NCBI GenBank assembly: GCA_963825135.1
Contig: CAWGRW010000009.1
Coordinates: 1,568,001 to 1,632,000, forward strand
Source: an uncultured bacterium
GTDB taxonomy: Bacteria > Desulfobacterota_D > UBA1144 > Nemesobacterales > UBA2774
Direction: 5' to 3'
Length of the DNA: 64,000 nucleotides
The notes under the pieces were generated by a model. That model was not told the origin of the DNA and did not search any database. It saw nothing but the letters and a program-made list of their open reading frames with translations. Made by a program: the position numbers and the translations under genes. The first letter of the stretch is position 1. Every line of letters starts with the position of its first letter. This document shows positions 1 through 9,578 of the stretch, piece after piece.

Positions 1-94
1 TTATTTCCGAGTATACGCCCAGCTCTCTCACTCTCCTTGCGATGAGCTGCGTGTACTGTCCGCCGAAATCAAGGATTATTATGCTTTCGCGCAT
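1..94 (-). CDS. guaA: GMP synthase (glutamine-hydrolysing), N-terminal fragment running off the window edge
   Basis: Manual translation from ATG at 94 gives [31 protein letters not shown], the canonical GuaA N-terminus; lies downstream of guaB. Confidence 0.95.
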   Translation of the reverse strand, partial: MRESIIILDFGGQYTQLIARRVRELGVYSEI

Positions 95-167
95 ATTGCC
101 TTTTGAATTAATTTATTTGTGCCGGTATTGATAAGACAGGTGAAAATACTTCACGGCTCGTGCGGAA

Positions 168-1643
168 TTACTCGATCCTGTAATTCGGAGCCTCTTTCGT
201 AATGATTACGTCGTGGACGTGGCCCTCTTTGAGCCCTGCGTTCGTGACTTTGATAAATTTCCCGTTACTCCTGAGCTCATCTATCGTTCCGCACCCCGTA
301 TAACCCATCCCCGCCCTGAGCCCGCCTATGAGCTGGTATATGGTGCCGCCTATGGGTCCCCTGGAGGGTATCCTCCCCTCGATCCCCTCGGGCACGAGTT
401 TGGAATCTATCATGTCGTCCCCAAGGTTCTGCGCGTACCTGTCCTTGCTCCCTTTCTTCATGGCCTCGATCGATCCCATGCCCCTGTAAACCTTGTACGT
501 CCTGCCCTGAAACAGGACGACTTCGCCGGGCGCTTCGTTGGTTCCGGCAAAGAGGTTCCCTATCATTACCGAATGCGCCCCCGCGGCTATGGCTTTTACG
601 ACATCGCCCGAGTACTTGATCCCGCCGTCCGCGATCACCGGGATTCCGTGGAGTTCCGCCACCCTCGTTACGTCCTGTATGGCCGATACCTGAGGCACTC
701 CTATGCCGGCTATCACACGCGTTGTGCATATCGAGCCCGGTCCCACGCCGACCTTTACTCCGTCGGCCCCGGCTTTTATTACGGCATCGGCGCCTTCTCC
801 CGTACCGATATTGCCCGCGATCAGGTCGACGTCGGGGAAGTCTGATTTCGTGGCTTTTACCGCGTCTATCACCCTCTTCGAATGGCCGTGGGCCGTATCT
901 ATGACGATCACGTCGCATCCGGCGTCGATGAGTGCTTGTATTCTCTCTTCCCTGTCGGGACCCACGCCCACAGCCGCCCCGCATCTGAGCCTGCCCATTC
1001 GGTCCTTGGATGCCGTAGGGTATTTCTCGATTTTCTCTATATCCTTCATCGTGATGAGCCCGCGGAGTCTGAATCCCTTATCCACTACGGGGAGCTTCTC
1101 AATTTTATATTTATGCAGGAGTTCCTTGGCTTCTTCGAGCGTAGTCCCCTCGCCTACGGTAATGAGTCTCTTCTTCGGGGTCATGACCTGCTCGACCTTG
1201 TAGTCGAGGTTCTTTTCGAACCTCAGGTCCCTGAACGTGATTATTCCGAGAAGCGTACCGTCTTCCTTCGTGACCGGCAGCCCCGTGATGTGCTGCTTCA
1301 GCATGATTTCGAGGGCGTCACTGACCTTGTGCCTGGGCCTGACCGTCAGGGGGTTTACTATCATCCCGCTTTCGTACTTTTTAACCCTTGTTACTTCCGC
1401 GGACTGCTCCGCTATGTCCAGGTTCCTGTGGATGATCCCTATGCCCCCTTCCTGCGCCATGGCTATTGCCGTGCTGGATTCGGTGACCGAGTCCATGGCC
1501 GCGCTGACGAGCGGTATGTTCAGCTTTATGTTCCTCGTGAGATGGGTCGAGACTACGGCCTCGTTCGGAAGAATTTCGGAATAGGACGGCACCAGAAGAA
1601 CGTCATCGAAAGTTAGACATTCTTCCACATTTTCAATGCGCAT
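168..1643 (-). CDS. guaB: IMP dehydrogenase
   Basis: LTFDDVLL start, CBS pair, [11 protein letters not shown] catalytic Cys motif, YRGMGS, EAPNY C-terminus. Confidence 0.98.
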   Translation of the reverse strand: MRIENVEECLTFDDVLLVPSYSEILPNEAVVSTHLTRNIKLNIPLVSAAMDSVTESSTAIAMAQEGGIGIIHRNLDIAEQSAEVTRVKKYESGMIVNPLTVRPRHKVSDALEIMLKQHITGLPVTKEDGTLLGIITFRDLRFEKNLDYKVEQVMTPKKRLITVGEGTTLEEAKELLHKYKIEKLPVVDKGFRLRGLITMKDIEKIEKYPTASKDRMGRLRCGAAVGVGPDREERIQALIDAGCDVIVIDTAHGHSKRVIDAVKATKSDFPDVDLIAGNIGTGEGADAVIKAGADGVKVGVGPGSICTTRVIAGIGVPQVSAIQDVTRVAELHGIPVIADGGIKYSGDVVKAIAAGAHSVMIGNLFAGTNEAPGEVVLFQGRTYKVYRGMGSIEAMKKGSKDRYAQNLGDDMIDSKLVPEGIEGRIPSRGPIGGTIYQLIGGLRAGMGYTGCGTIDELRSNGKFIKVTNAGLKEGHVHDVIITKEAPNYRIE

Positions 1644-1657
1644 AAATTTTACCCTTG

Positions 1658-2041
1658 TTACCTCTTGGATGAGGTTCTTTTAGCGGCGGTTTTTACCGGA
1701 GCTTTCTTTTTCTTGATCGCCGGGCTCGGGGCCTTTTTCTCTTCCGCGATCGAAATCAGCCTTGCCGGCGTCTTTACGATTTCGATTATCTTCTTTCTCA
1801 TTTCCGGCAGCGTGACGCCCAGCTCTATCTCGATTTCCTGGTCTTTTTCACCGAGGTTGATGAATACGGGCAGCACCCCTACATAGGTTCTGGAATCGAC
1901 CCTTTCGAAACCCAGAGCCTTGAGTAACTTTTTGGGAAGCGCGGGGAACTCGAGAGTCGCTATTTCCGCAGTTTCCTGCGGCAGAAGGCCGTCCTGGCTT
2001 ACACTTATTTTGAGACGGGTCGCTTTCATATATTCCCTCAC
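1658..2041 (-). CDS. Hypothetical protein with Lys/Ala/Pro-rich basic C-terminal tail
   Basis: 127-aa ORF (GTG 2041 or ATG 2029) co-oriented with guaB and ending 14 bp upstream of it; no family recognised. Confidence 0.6.
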   Translation of the reverse strand: MREYMKATRLKISVSQDGLLPQETAEIATLEFPALPKKLLKALGFERVDSRTYVGVLPVFINLGEKDQEIEIELGVTLPEMRKKIIEIVKTPARLISIAEEKKAPSPAIKKKKAPVKTAAKRTSSKR

Positions 2042-2244
2042 CTGGTAAAGATGATAAACATCCCTTCCATAATTGATAATTAGTTAATTATACGCTCAAA
2101 ATGAATTTCTGTTTTTTCCCGAAATCTGATTGAAAGGTAAAACCCTATTACTGATTATTAAGTTGAATATTTTAATTGATTATACTGAATTAATCAAGCG
2201 TAAACTCGCGGGGTGACCGTCGAAAAGTCAATACTTATCCTGTT

Positions 2245-3567
2245 TCAGGGGGAATCTTCGTAATCCGCTACTTCCAGGTTGTATTTGAGACCGAGCATCC
2301 TTTCCGACGCCGGGAAAACAGAGTAGAAGGGTACGGATTCGCCCGGCTGTATGTTTGTGTCGAGTCCGGCCAGTTTTTCCGGGTTATAAAAATCGATGTT
2401 TCCGGACCTCTTTTTGAGCTTGAGGAGGGTGTCGCCGAGGGCGGATACCTTGAGCTCGTTTTCGGTAAAGGTGTTGCCGGCGTACACTACGTTGTCGTAC
2501 ACGACCTGACCTTCCGATATGAACTCGCTTTTTATTTTGATGTAATTCACCGCGTGGGCCGATTCGTTAGTCACGGCGCCCGTTATCACGTACATGGGTC
2601 CGTTTCTGGTGTCGAGCCATTTACCGCTGTGGGCGGTTATCCTGACCTCGTCCGTCGAATGCCCGCCCAGGCTTGCCGGTACGAGCGATTCGACCAGCCT
2701 CTCTACTTTCGCGGCGCTTTCTTTCGGGATAACCCCCGAGTTTAACAATATGATATACGCGGATGCAACAATTACGCAGAAGACGATTACCGCGAGCAGG
2801 GTGTATGCGAGTCTCGCAAATACGCCGCCACCGGATTTGGATCTCGCGGAATGTACCCTGAACGAGTCGTGAATTGACGGTCTTTGGCCTGCGTGATAGC
2901 CCGTTGCGGCGTGCGGGTTGCCGGAAAGCACGCCCATGTCCACGCTCAGGCGTTCGTGCGCGGTCCCCGGGTAAACCCGCTCTCTCGACGGCTCTTCCCG
3001 GGAGGGCGCATAGGTTTCGGGCTCATGGGGTATCCCCTCGTCGCGCATTATATCGAGCCCGTCACCCTCGAATCCTTCGTCTTCGAACATCCTGGGGACG
3101 GAACTTACGGCTTCTACCGGTTCATCATTTATCCTGAGCCCTTCCCAATTGAATTCCGATTCCTGTTTTCTTATGTCATGGTTGTCTTTTATTCTGAAAT
3201 CGTCCGGGTCCTTTTCCGTCTTGCTTATGTTAACGAATTTCTCCCAGTTGCCTCCATCGCCTGCCGGGGGCTCCGCATACTGACCGCCTTGATGCCCTTC
3301 TTCCTCTTCCGGTTTCTTTGTCCGTTCGTTCACTATCGGATACCTGAATTCGAAACCTTGAACCTCGTCCGCCGGTTCTTCAATTTCGGTCTCCTTCGGA
3401 GGCAGAAAGGATTGCGCAGGGTCGGGAGCTCCCGTGCCGAATATCCCTGTTTTTTCGACGTAGGAGATGTGGCCGCACTCCGAACATCTGACCTTGCTTC
3501 CGGGCGGAGCGATCCTGGAATCGTCTATATTGAATCTTCTCTTGCACTTATCGCACTCGATTATCAC
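2245..3567 (-). CDS. Zinc-ribbon (MJ0042-type) / TM / DUF3426-like membrane protein
   Basis: N-terminal CDKC...VRCSEC zinc finger, acidic linker, one TM helix, C-terminal 'VITGAVTNES...IQPGESVPF' DUF3426-like domain. Confidence 0.8.
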   Translation of the reverse strand: MIIECDKCKRRFNIDDSRIAPPGSKVRCSECGHISYVEKTGIFGTGAPDPAQSFLPPKETEIEEPADEVQGFEFRYPIVNERTKKPEEEEGHQGGQYAEPPAGDGGNWEKFVNISKTEKDPDDFRIKDNHDIRKQESEFNWEGLRINDEPVEAVSSVPRMFEDEGFEGDGLDIMRDEGIPHEPETYAPSREEPSRERVYPGTAHERLSVDMGVLSGNPHAATGYHAGQRPSIHDSFRVHSARSKSGGGVFARLAYTLLAVIVFCVIVASAYIILLNSGVIPKESAAKVERLVESLVPASLGGHSTDEVRITAHSGKWLDTRNGPMYVITGAVTNESAHAVNYIKIKSEFISEGQVVYDNVVYAGNTFTENELKVSALGDTLLKLKKRSGNIDFYNPEKLAGLDTNIQPGESVPFYSVFPASERMLGLKYNLEVADYEDSP

Positions 3568-3799
3568 GGCTTGCCTTTTGCCCGATATATTTCTAATAAT
3601 TTGGAGTCGTTACATTGTCAAAATTAATGCTAACTTGAAAGCAAGTCAATACTTCCAAAATAGATCGGTTCCGGGAGGAGGCCCGACGACTCTCTTTTAT
3701 TAGAGTTTATTCGTGTCCGAGAGGCTCAAACCATTTAACAAATAAGATATCCTGTAAAATTGTATCATAAGATAGATACGATTCATTAGGCCGGATCCG

Positions 3800-4792
3800 G
3801 TGATGATATATTCCATACTAGCTGTTCTGACCGTCTCGATCCTCAGGATTGCAGCGGGAGCGGGCTTCGCGGGAGAAGAGGCCATAGAGAGGGTCCAGTA
3901 CCACATGGGTACGTATGCCCGCGTGATGATATTCGGCGGCACGGAGGCCGACGCCGACGCCGCTTTTCTACGGATTAAGGAGCTCGACGAACTCCTGTCC
4001 GATTATGATCCCGGCAGCGAGATATCGAGGATAAGCGCAATGGCGGGGAAAAAGCCCGTGAAGGTCAGCCCGGAAGTGCTCGAGGTCTTGAGGGAGGCGA
4101 TATACGTCGCCGGGGAGACCGGCGGGGCTTTCGATCCGACAATCGGGGCCCTCACCATCGGAGTTTACCGGTTCGGCAGGGGAGGGGACACGGTCCCCGG
4201 GGATAAGGAGATAGACGAAGCGAAGTCGCTCGTCAATTTCAGGGACTTGCATATACAAGGGGACGAAGTCTATCTGGAGAGGGAAGGCATGATGCTCGAC
4301 CTCGGTGGTATAGGCAAGGGATATGCCGTCGAGAAGGCTGTCCGGGTCCTTAAGCAGAGGGGTGTTAAAAGGGGAACGGTCTCTCTGTCGGGCGACATAA
4401 AGGTCTTCGGCGGCGATATGGAGATTGGTATCCAGAACCCCGGGGGTGAAGGAAGCATAGCCTCGTTCCATACCGGTACGGGAGAGCTCGCCATATCCAC
4501 TAGCGGAGGATACGAGAGGGTCATCGATCCCGGCGGCAAGGCGGTTCATCATCTGCTTGTCCCGGCTACCGGGAAGCCGGGCCGCGATTTTCTGAGCGTT
4601 ACGGTGGTTCTCGACGGGGACAGCGCGCTTGCCGATGCCTACGCGACGTCGCTCTACGTCATGGGAAAAGAAAAGTCCATGGAATTCTTAAAAAAGCATC
4701 CGGAGATCGGGGTTTTTATAGTCTTTCCGAACAGGGAGCTATACTATAATGAAAGGTTTAAGAGTCTGGTAGAGGACTTTGACATACCCTGA
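3800..4792 (+). CDS. apbE: FAD:protein FMN transferase (ApbE family)
   Basis: MGT, GGAFDPTIG, LDLGGIGKGYAV, ISTSGGYER, ADAYATSLYVMG motifs; N-terminal signal. Confidence 0.93.
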   Translation: MMIYSILAVLTVSILRIAAGAGFAGEEAIERVQYHMGTYARVMIFGGTEADADAAFLRIKELDELLSDYDPGSEISRISAMAGKKPVKVSPEVLEVLREAIYVAGETGGAFDPTIGALTIGVYRFGRGGDTVPGDKEIDEAKSLVNFRDLHIQGDEVYLEREGMMLDLGGIGKGYAVEKAVRVLKQRGVKRGTVSLSGDIKVFGGDMEIGIQNPGGEGSIASFHTGTGELAISTSGGYERVIDPGGKAVHHLLVPATGKPGRDFLSVTVVLDGDSALADAYATSLYVMGKEKSMEFLKKHPEIGVFIVFPNRELYYNERFKSLVEDFDIP

Positions 4793-4912
4793 CATACATA
4801 ATAAGGAATATTACATATACACAATTTCCACTGATTCCCGATATGCAAATATTGTGCAATGATAGGGTGTTCCCGCTCGATTTTATGGGGTGAGAGCGCG
4901 AGCCCCCTTTAT

Positions 4913-4940
4913 TTGACAAAACCTGACTGTCGCTTATATT
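4913..4940 (+). promoter_or_regulatory. Sigma70-type promoter of the rib-nusB-trp operon
   Basis: TTGACA-N16-TATATT about 65 bp upstream of ribBA. Confidence 0.6.
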
Positions 4941-5005
4941 GTAAATCGGATAACCTCTACAAAATATAAGCATTATAAATTATTAGGGTTGAGGTAGAAG
5001 AAATT

Positions 5006-6214
5006 ATGCCTATTGGTTCCATAGATGAAGCCCTTGCGGATATAAAAGTCGGTAAGATGGTTATACTCGTCGACGATAAGGACAGGGAGAATGAGGGTGA
5101 CCTTGTCGTTGCCGCCGAGTATGCGAGTCCGGAGACGATTAATTTTATGGCGAAGCACGGAAGGGGCCTCGTCTGTCTCGCTCTTACGAAGGAGAATGCA
5201 GACCGTATAGGCCTTCAGCCTATAAAGCCCGAATATAATCCGGTTCCCCAATATACGGCGTTTACCATTTCGATCGACGCGAGCCACGGTATAACCACCG
5301 GCATCTCCGCCTACGACAGGGCCTCGACGATCCGTCTTGCAATATCCGATGAATCCAGGGCGGAGGATTTCATTCGCCCGGGGCACGTCTTCCCGCTCAT
5401 ATGCAGGAAGGGGGGAGTGCTTGTAAGGGCGGGGCATACGGAAGGCTCGGTAGACCTTGCGCGCCTCGCGGGGCTTAGATCGGCCGCGGTAATATGTGAA
5501 ATCATGAATGACGACGGGGATATGGCAAGACTCCCAGATCTCGAGAAGTTTGCCGAGACCCATAACATCAAGATTGCCTCTATTGCCGACTTGATAAGTT
5601 ACCGGCTCAGGGCCGAGAGCCTGGTCAGAAGAGCCGCGTCAGCCGTGATCCCGACAGAATACGGAGAATTTAAGATAATCGTATATGAAAGCGAGATTGA
5701 TCCCCAGCACCACGTCGCGTTCGTCAAGGGCGACATAAACCCGGATAACAATGTGCTCGTCCGCGTCCATTCCGAATGCCTGACCAGCGACGTTTTCGGC
5801 TCGCTCAGGTGCGACTGCGGCTCTCAGATTAAGCAGGCCATGAAGATTATAAATGAAGAGGGCACGGGTGTTATACTTTATATGAGGCAGGAAGGGCGGG
5901 GCATCGGCCTCATAAACAAGATAAAGGCCTATGCTCTTCAGGACGACGGGTTCGACACGGTAGAAGCGAACGAGGTACTGGGATTTAAACCCGACCTCAG
6001 GGACTACGGAATAGGCGCACAGATACTACTCGACCTGGGGGTCAGGAACATGAAGCTCCTGACGAATAATCCGAAGAAAATAAAGGGCCTCGAGGGGTTC
6101 GGCCTTCAGATAGTCGAGCGAGTCCCCATAGAGATACCGCCTAACGGACGGAACTCGAGTTATTTAAAGGTGAAGAAGGACAAGCTCGGACACCTGCTTT
6201 CCATGGTTGATTGA
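5006..6214 (+). CDS. ribBA: Bifunctional DHBP synthase / GTP cyclohydrolase II
   Basis: DRENEGDL, RAGHTEG, VRVHSECLTSDVFGSLRCDCG, QEGRGIGL, LLTNNPKK. Confidence 0.97.
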   Translation: MPIGSIDEALADIKVGKMVILVDDKDRENEGDLVVAAEYASPETINFMAKHGRGLVCLALTKENADRIGLQPIKPEYNPVPQYTAFTISIDASHGITTGISAYDRASTIRLAISDESRAEDFIRPGHVFPLICRKGGVLVRAGHTEGSVDLARLAGLRSAAVICEIMNDDGDMARLPDLEKFAETHNIKIASIADLISYRLRAESLVRRAASAVIPTEYGEFKIIVYESEIDPQHHVAFVKGDINPDNNVLVRVHSECLTSDVFGSLRCDCGSQIKQAMKIINEEGTGVILYMRQEGRGIGLINKIKAYALQDDGFDTVEANEVLGFKPDLRDYGIGAQILLDLGVRNMKLLTNNPKKIKGLEGFGLQIVERVPIEIPPNGRNSSYLKVKKDKLGHLLSMVD

Positions 6215-6243
6215 AGCAGCGGTCGATTGAAGAGGAGAAAACA

Positions 6244-6720
6244 ATGCCTAAAAAATATGAGGGCAATCTCGACGCGAAGGGGCTTAAGTTTGCTGTAGTC
6301 GTCAGCAGGTTCAATGACTTCATCACGGAAAGGCTCGTAAGCGGCGCGGTCGACGTGCTTCTCAGGCATAACGCCTCCGACGATGACATAGACCTCATTC
6401 GGGTCCCCGGATCGTACGAGCTGCTTTATGCGGTAAAAAAAGCTGCGGAGAGGAAGAAATATAACGCGATAATTGTTTTGGGAGCCATCATCAAGGGCGA
6501 GACCCCTCACTTTAATTACCTGGCTTCAACCGTTTCTTCTTCGATTGCCTCCATAAGCCTGGAGATGGATGTCCCCGTGGCCTCGGGCGTTCTGACTACC
6601 GAAACACTTCAGCAGGCCATGGAAAGGGCCGGTTCAAAGGCAGGGAACCGGGGTGCGGAAGCCGCGTACTCCGCGATTGAAATGGCTAATCTCATAAAAA
6701 TTCTTTCCCGAAAAGGGTAG
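6244..6720 (+). CDS. ribH: 6,7-dimethyl-8-ribityllumazine synthase
   Basis: VSRFNDFIT, VPGSYEL, GETPHF, ERAGSKAGNRG; GAGGAG Shine-Dalgarno before ATG 6244. Confidence 0.95.
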   Translation: MPKKYEGNLDAKGLKFAVVVSRFNDFITERLVSGAVDVLLRHNASDDDIDLIRVPGSYELLYAVKKAAERKKYNAIIVLGAIIKGETPHFNYLASTVSSSIASISLEMDVPVASGVLTTETLQQAMERAGSKAGNRGAEAAYSAIEMANLIKILSRKG

Positions 6721-6730
6721 TAGCCTCCAG

Positions 6731-7174
6731 ATGGGTATAAGGAGACGCTCGAGGGAGCTAGCGCTCCAATTCCTGTATCAATACGATGCGTTGACCGAGT
6801 CTTCAGGGGATCCCTCCCTGTCGCCCGAGGAACAGCTTTCGCTTTTTTGGGAGAGCAGCGATTCCCCCGTACAGGAGGACATGAAAGAATTTTCCTCCGT
6901 CCTCATACTCGGCACGCGCAAGAACCTCCCCCATATCGATGATGTCCTCACCAGGTTTTCTGAGAATTGGAGGCTTTCGAGGATGTCGAAGATTGACAGG
7001 AACATCTTACGCCTGTCTATTTACGAGCTGATGTACCTGAGCGACATACCCCCCGTCGTTACAATAAACGAGGCCGTCGAGCTCGGCAAAAGGTTCGGCA
7101 CCGAGGAGTCGGGTTCATTCATAAATGGAATACTCGATAAGATCAGGATAGCCCGGGAGGAAGGTGAGCTGTAA
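6731..7174 (+). CDS. nusB: Transcription antitermination factor NusB
   Basis: RRRSRELALQFLY, DRNILRL, INEAVELGKRFG, FINGILD; ribH-nusB synteny. Confidence 0.96.
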   Translation: MGIRRRSRELALQFLYQYDALTESSGDPSLSPEEQLSLFWESSDSPVQEDMKEFSSVLILGTRKNLPHIDDVLTRFSENWRLSRMSKIDRNILRLSIYELMYLSDIPPVVTINEAVELGKRFGTEESGSFINGILDKIRIAREEGEL

Positions 7175-8197
7175 ATGATTAAGAAAGCGATAGCTAAGGT
7201 CGTTGAGCGGATCGACCTCGAGGAAGACGAGATGTCGGAAGTCGTGGAGATGATGATGGAGGGAGAGGCTACGCCCGGTCAGATTTCCGCTTTCCTGGTC
7301 GCTCTCAGGATGAAGGGCGAATCAGTGGCGGAGATAACGGGAGCGGCGAAGGTGATGCTGGATAAGGCGACCAAGATAGAATCCTCGCGCGAGGTTATCG
7401 TGGATCTCTGCGGGACGGGCGGGGACAGGCAGGGGACCTTCAACGTTTCAACCGCCGCCGCTTTTGTCGTAGCGGGCGCGGGAGTCCCGGTTGCCAAGCA
7501 CGGGAACCGCTCCGTATCGAGCTATGTCGGCAGCGCCGACGTGCTCGAAGCCCTCGGAGTGGATATTAACCATTCGATCGAAGTCGCTCGTAAATGCCTC
7601 GACGAGGCTGGAATCGTATTCCTGTTCGCGCCTCTTTACCACCCCGCTATGAAAAACGTCGCCGGGCCGAGAAAAGAGATCGGCGTAAGGACGGTGTTCA
7701 ATATCCTGGGCCCTATCGTGAACCCCGCAGGCGTCAGGCATCAGGTCGTGGGCGTCTATTCGGAAGTGCTCCTCGACCCCGTTGTGAAGGTGCTCAGGAA
7801 CCTCGGGCACAAGAGCGCCATGGTGGTTCACGGCTCCGACTCCATGGACGAGATTACGGTGACGGGCAAGACTGTCGTGGCCGAGCTCAGGGACGGTATG
7901 GTGAAGAAGTACCAGTTCGACCCGGCCGACATCGGTATAAAAAAATGGAGTATCAACGACCTCAAGGGCGGGCGCACCGCGAAGGAGAATGCGCGCATTT
8001 TCATGTCGATCCTTAAAGGCGAGGAGAAGGAAGCGAAGAGGGATATAGTTTTGATAAACGCGGCCGCCGCGATCTACGTTTCCGAAACGAGCCCCGATAT
8101 AACAGAGTCGCTCGAGCGCGCGGTCGATTCTCTCGAATCAGGCAAGGCTCTGTCGAAGTTTGAGGAGCTTGCGAGGATTACAAAACAGCAAATCTAA
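7175..8197 (+). CDS. trpD: Anthranilate phosphoribosyltransferase
   Basis: DLCGTGGD, FNVST, KHGNRSVSS, RTVFNILGP. Confidence 0.97.
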   Translation: MIKKAIAKVVERIDLEEDEMSEVVEMMMEGEATPGQISAFLVALRMKGESVAEITGAAKVMLDKATKIESSREVIVDLCGTGGDRQGTFNVSTAAAFVVAGAGVPVAKHGNRSVSSYVGSADVLEALGVDINHSIEVARKCLDEAGIVFLFAPLYHPAMKNVAGPRKEIGVRTVFNILGPIVNPAGVRHQVVGVYSEVLLDPVVKVLRNLGHKSAMVVHGSDSMDEITVTGKTVVAELRDGMVKKYQFDPADIGIKKWSINDLKGGRTAKENARIFMSILKGEEKEAKRDIVLINAAAAIYVSETSPDITESLERAVDSLESGKALSKFEELARITKQQI

Positions 8198-8221
8198 CCT
8201 GTATCCGGGCGTTTCATCAAA

Positions 8222-9010
8222 ATGATTCTCGACGAAATTATAGAATATAAAAAGATAGAGGTTGAGAAGTCGAAGGGCAGCTTCCCCGTCGAATCCCTTA
8301 TGAGCGGAATCTTCACGGTCCGGCCGCCCCGCGATTTCTATAAGGCTATCGACCACGGCGGGGAACTCCGGATAATCGCGGAGGTAAAAAAGGCCTCTCC
8401 CTCGAAAGGCGTCCTGAGGGACGATTTCGATCCCGTGAAAATCGCGCTCAGCTACGCAAACGCCGGAGCTTCCGCCCTGTCCGTCCTCACCGATGAGAAA
8501 TTTTTCAGCGGGAGCCTCTCGTACCTGAGAAAAATACGGCAGGCAGTCGATATCCCCATCCTGCGTAAGGATTTCATTATAGATCCGTACCAGGTCTATG
8601 AATCGAGGCTTTACGGGGCGGACGCCCTCCTGTTGATAGTCTCGGCGCTCGGTCAGGACCTTCTGAAGGAGCTATTAAGGCTTACGCGCTCGCTCGGGAT
8701 GGACGCCGTCGTGGAGGTCCATGACGAAAGAGAGCTCGCAAGGGCGCTTGACGCGGAGAGCAGGATTATCGGCATCAATAACAGAGACCTCAGGACATTC
8801 GAAGTCGACCTCGATGTCTCGGCGAGGCTTTCCGGGAAGATCCCTGACGGAGTGATAGCGATCGCCGAGAGCGGTATAGCCTCGGGGGAGGACATAAAGA
8901 AGCTGAGGGGTAAAGGGGTACACGTCTTCCTCGTAGGCGAGAAATTCATGAAGGCGCCCGATCCCGGACTCGAATTAAAAGAACTCATTTCCTCCGGTCA
9001 AATGAACTGA
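8222..9010 (+). CDS. trpC: Indole-3-glycerol phosphate synthase
   Basis: IIAEVKKASPSKG, SVLTDEKFF, LRKDFI, GINNRDL, AESGI. Confidence 0.97.
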   Translation: MILDEIIEYKKIEVEKSKGSFPVESLMSGIFTVRPPRDFYKAIDHGGELRIIAEVKKASPSKGVLRDDFDPVKIALSYANAGASALSVLTDEKFFSGSLSYLRKIRQAVDIPILRKDFIIDPYQVYESRLYGADALLLIVSALGQDLLKELLRLTRSLGMDAVVEVHDERELARALDAESRIIGINNRDLRTFEVDLDVSARLSGKIPDGVIAIAESGIASGEDIKKLRGKGVHVFLVGEKFMKAPDPGLELKELISSGQMN

Positions 9011-9103
9011 TTTATCCAGCCGCGTGCAGCAAACGAAAAATATAAAAATTTAAGTTCTGAAAAAACTTTAGATTATTCAGTTCGGTCATATATTCTTAAT
9101 AAT

Positions 9104-9430
9104 ATGAATAGCCATCCTAAAAAGAAAAAAAACCCGTTACTCGCTCTAGTCTTATCGGGGATCCTCCCCGGCCTCGGTCAGTTATATAACCGTCAGATAC
9201 TAAAGGCGCTTCTCTTCTTCGCGCTGAACGTCGTCCTCAGCTTTCTTGCCTATGAGCCCTTTACCTACTTATTGAAATCCTGGAGCTCGATGCTGGATAT
9301 GTCCCTCGATATGTCCCGTCTCATCAAGCTCATGATATATTCGACTGCGGCAACCATAGTCCTTGTAGCGGCGATGATCGACGCCAAAAAGAGCGCCGAC
9401 CGTATAAACGTCGAGAGCGGAATTACCTGA
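9104..9430 (+). CDS. Small membrane protein (PGLGQLY motif, TM2/DUF5683-like)
   Basis: KNPLLALVLSGILPGLGQLYN followed by hydrophobic helices. Confidence 0.7.
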   Translation: MNSHPKKKKNPLLALVLSGILPGLGQLYNRQILKALLFFALNVVLSFLAYEPFTYLLKSWSSMLDMSLDMSRLIKLMIYSTAATIVLVAAMIDAKKSADRINVESGIT

Positions 9431-9578
9431 ACTGTTTTTATTTTACCGAGTCCCTGTCTTGACAATCAATCTCATACGATATTATTATTTCATGCGGATT
9501 CTTGAGTTTTTTCAATGCAGGGCGGAATCGAAAGCCGCCTTTAACCTTTATCCTTCTGATCAGTTGCGGAGATTCGAT

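Noticed and set aside
4800..5005. FMN riboswitch upstream of ribBA
   Set aside because: No RFN consensus, and the promoter candidate leaves only about 60 nt of leader
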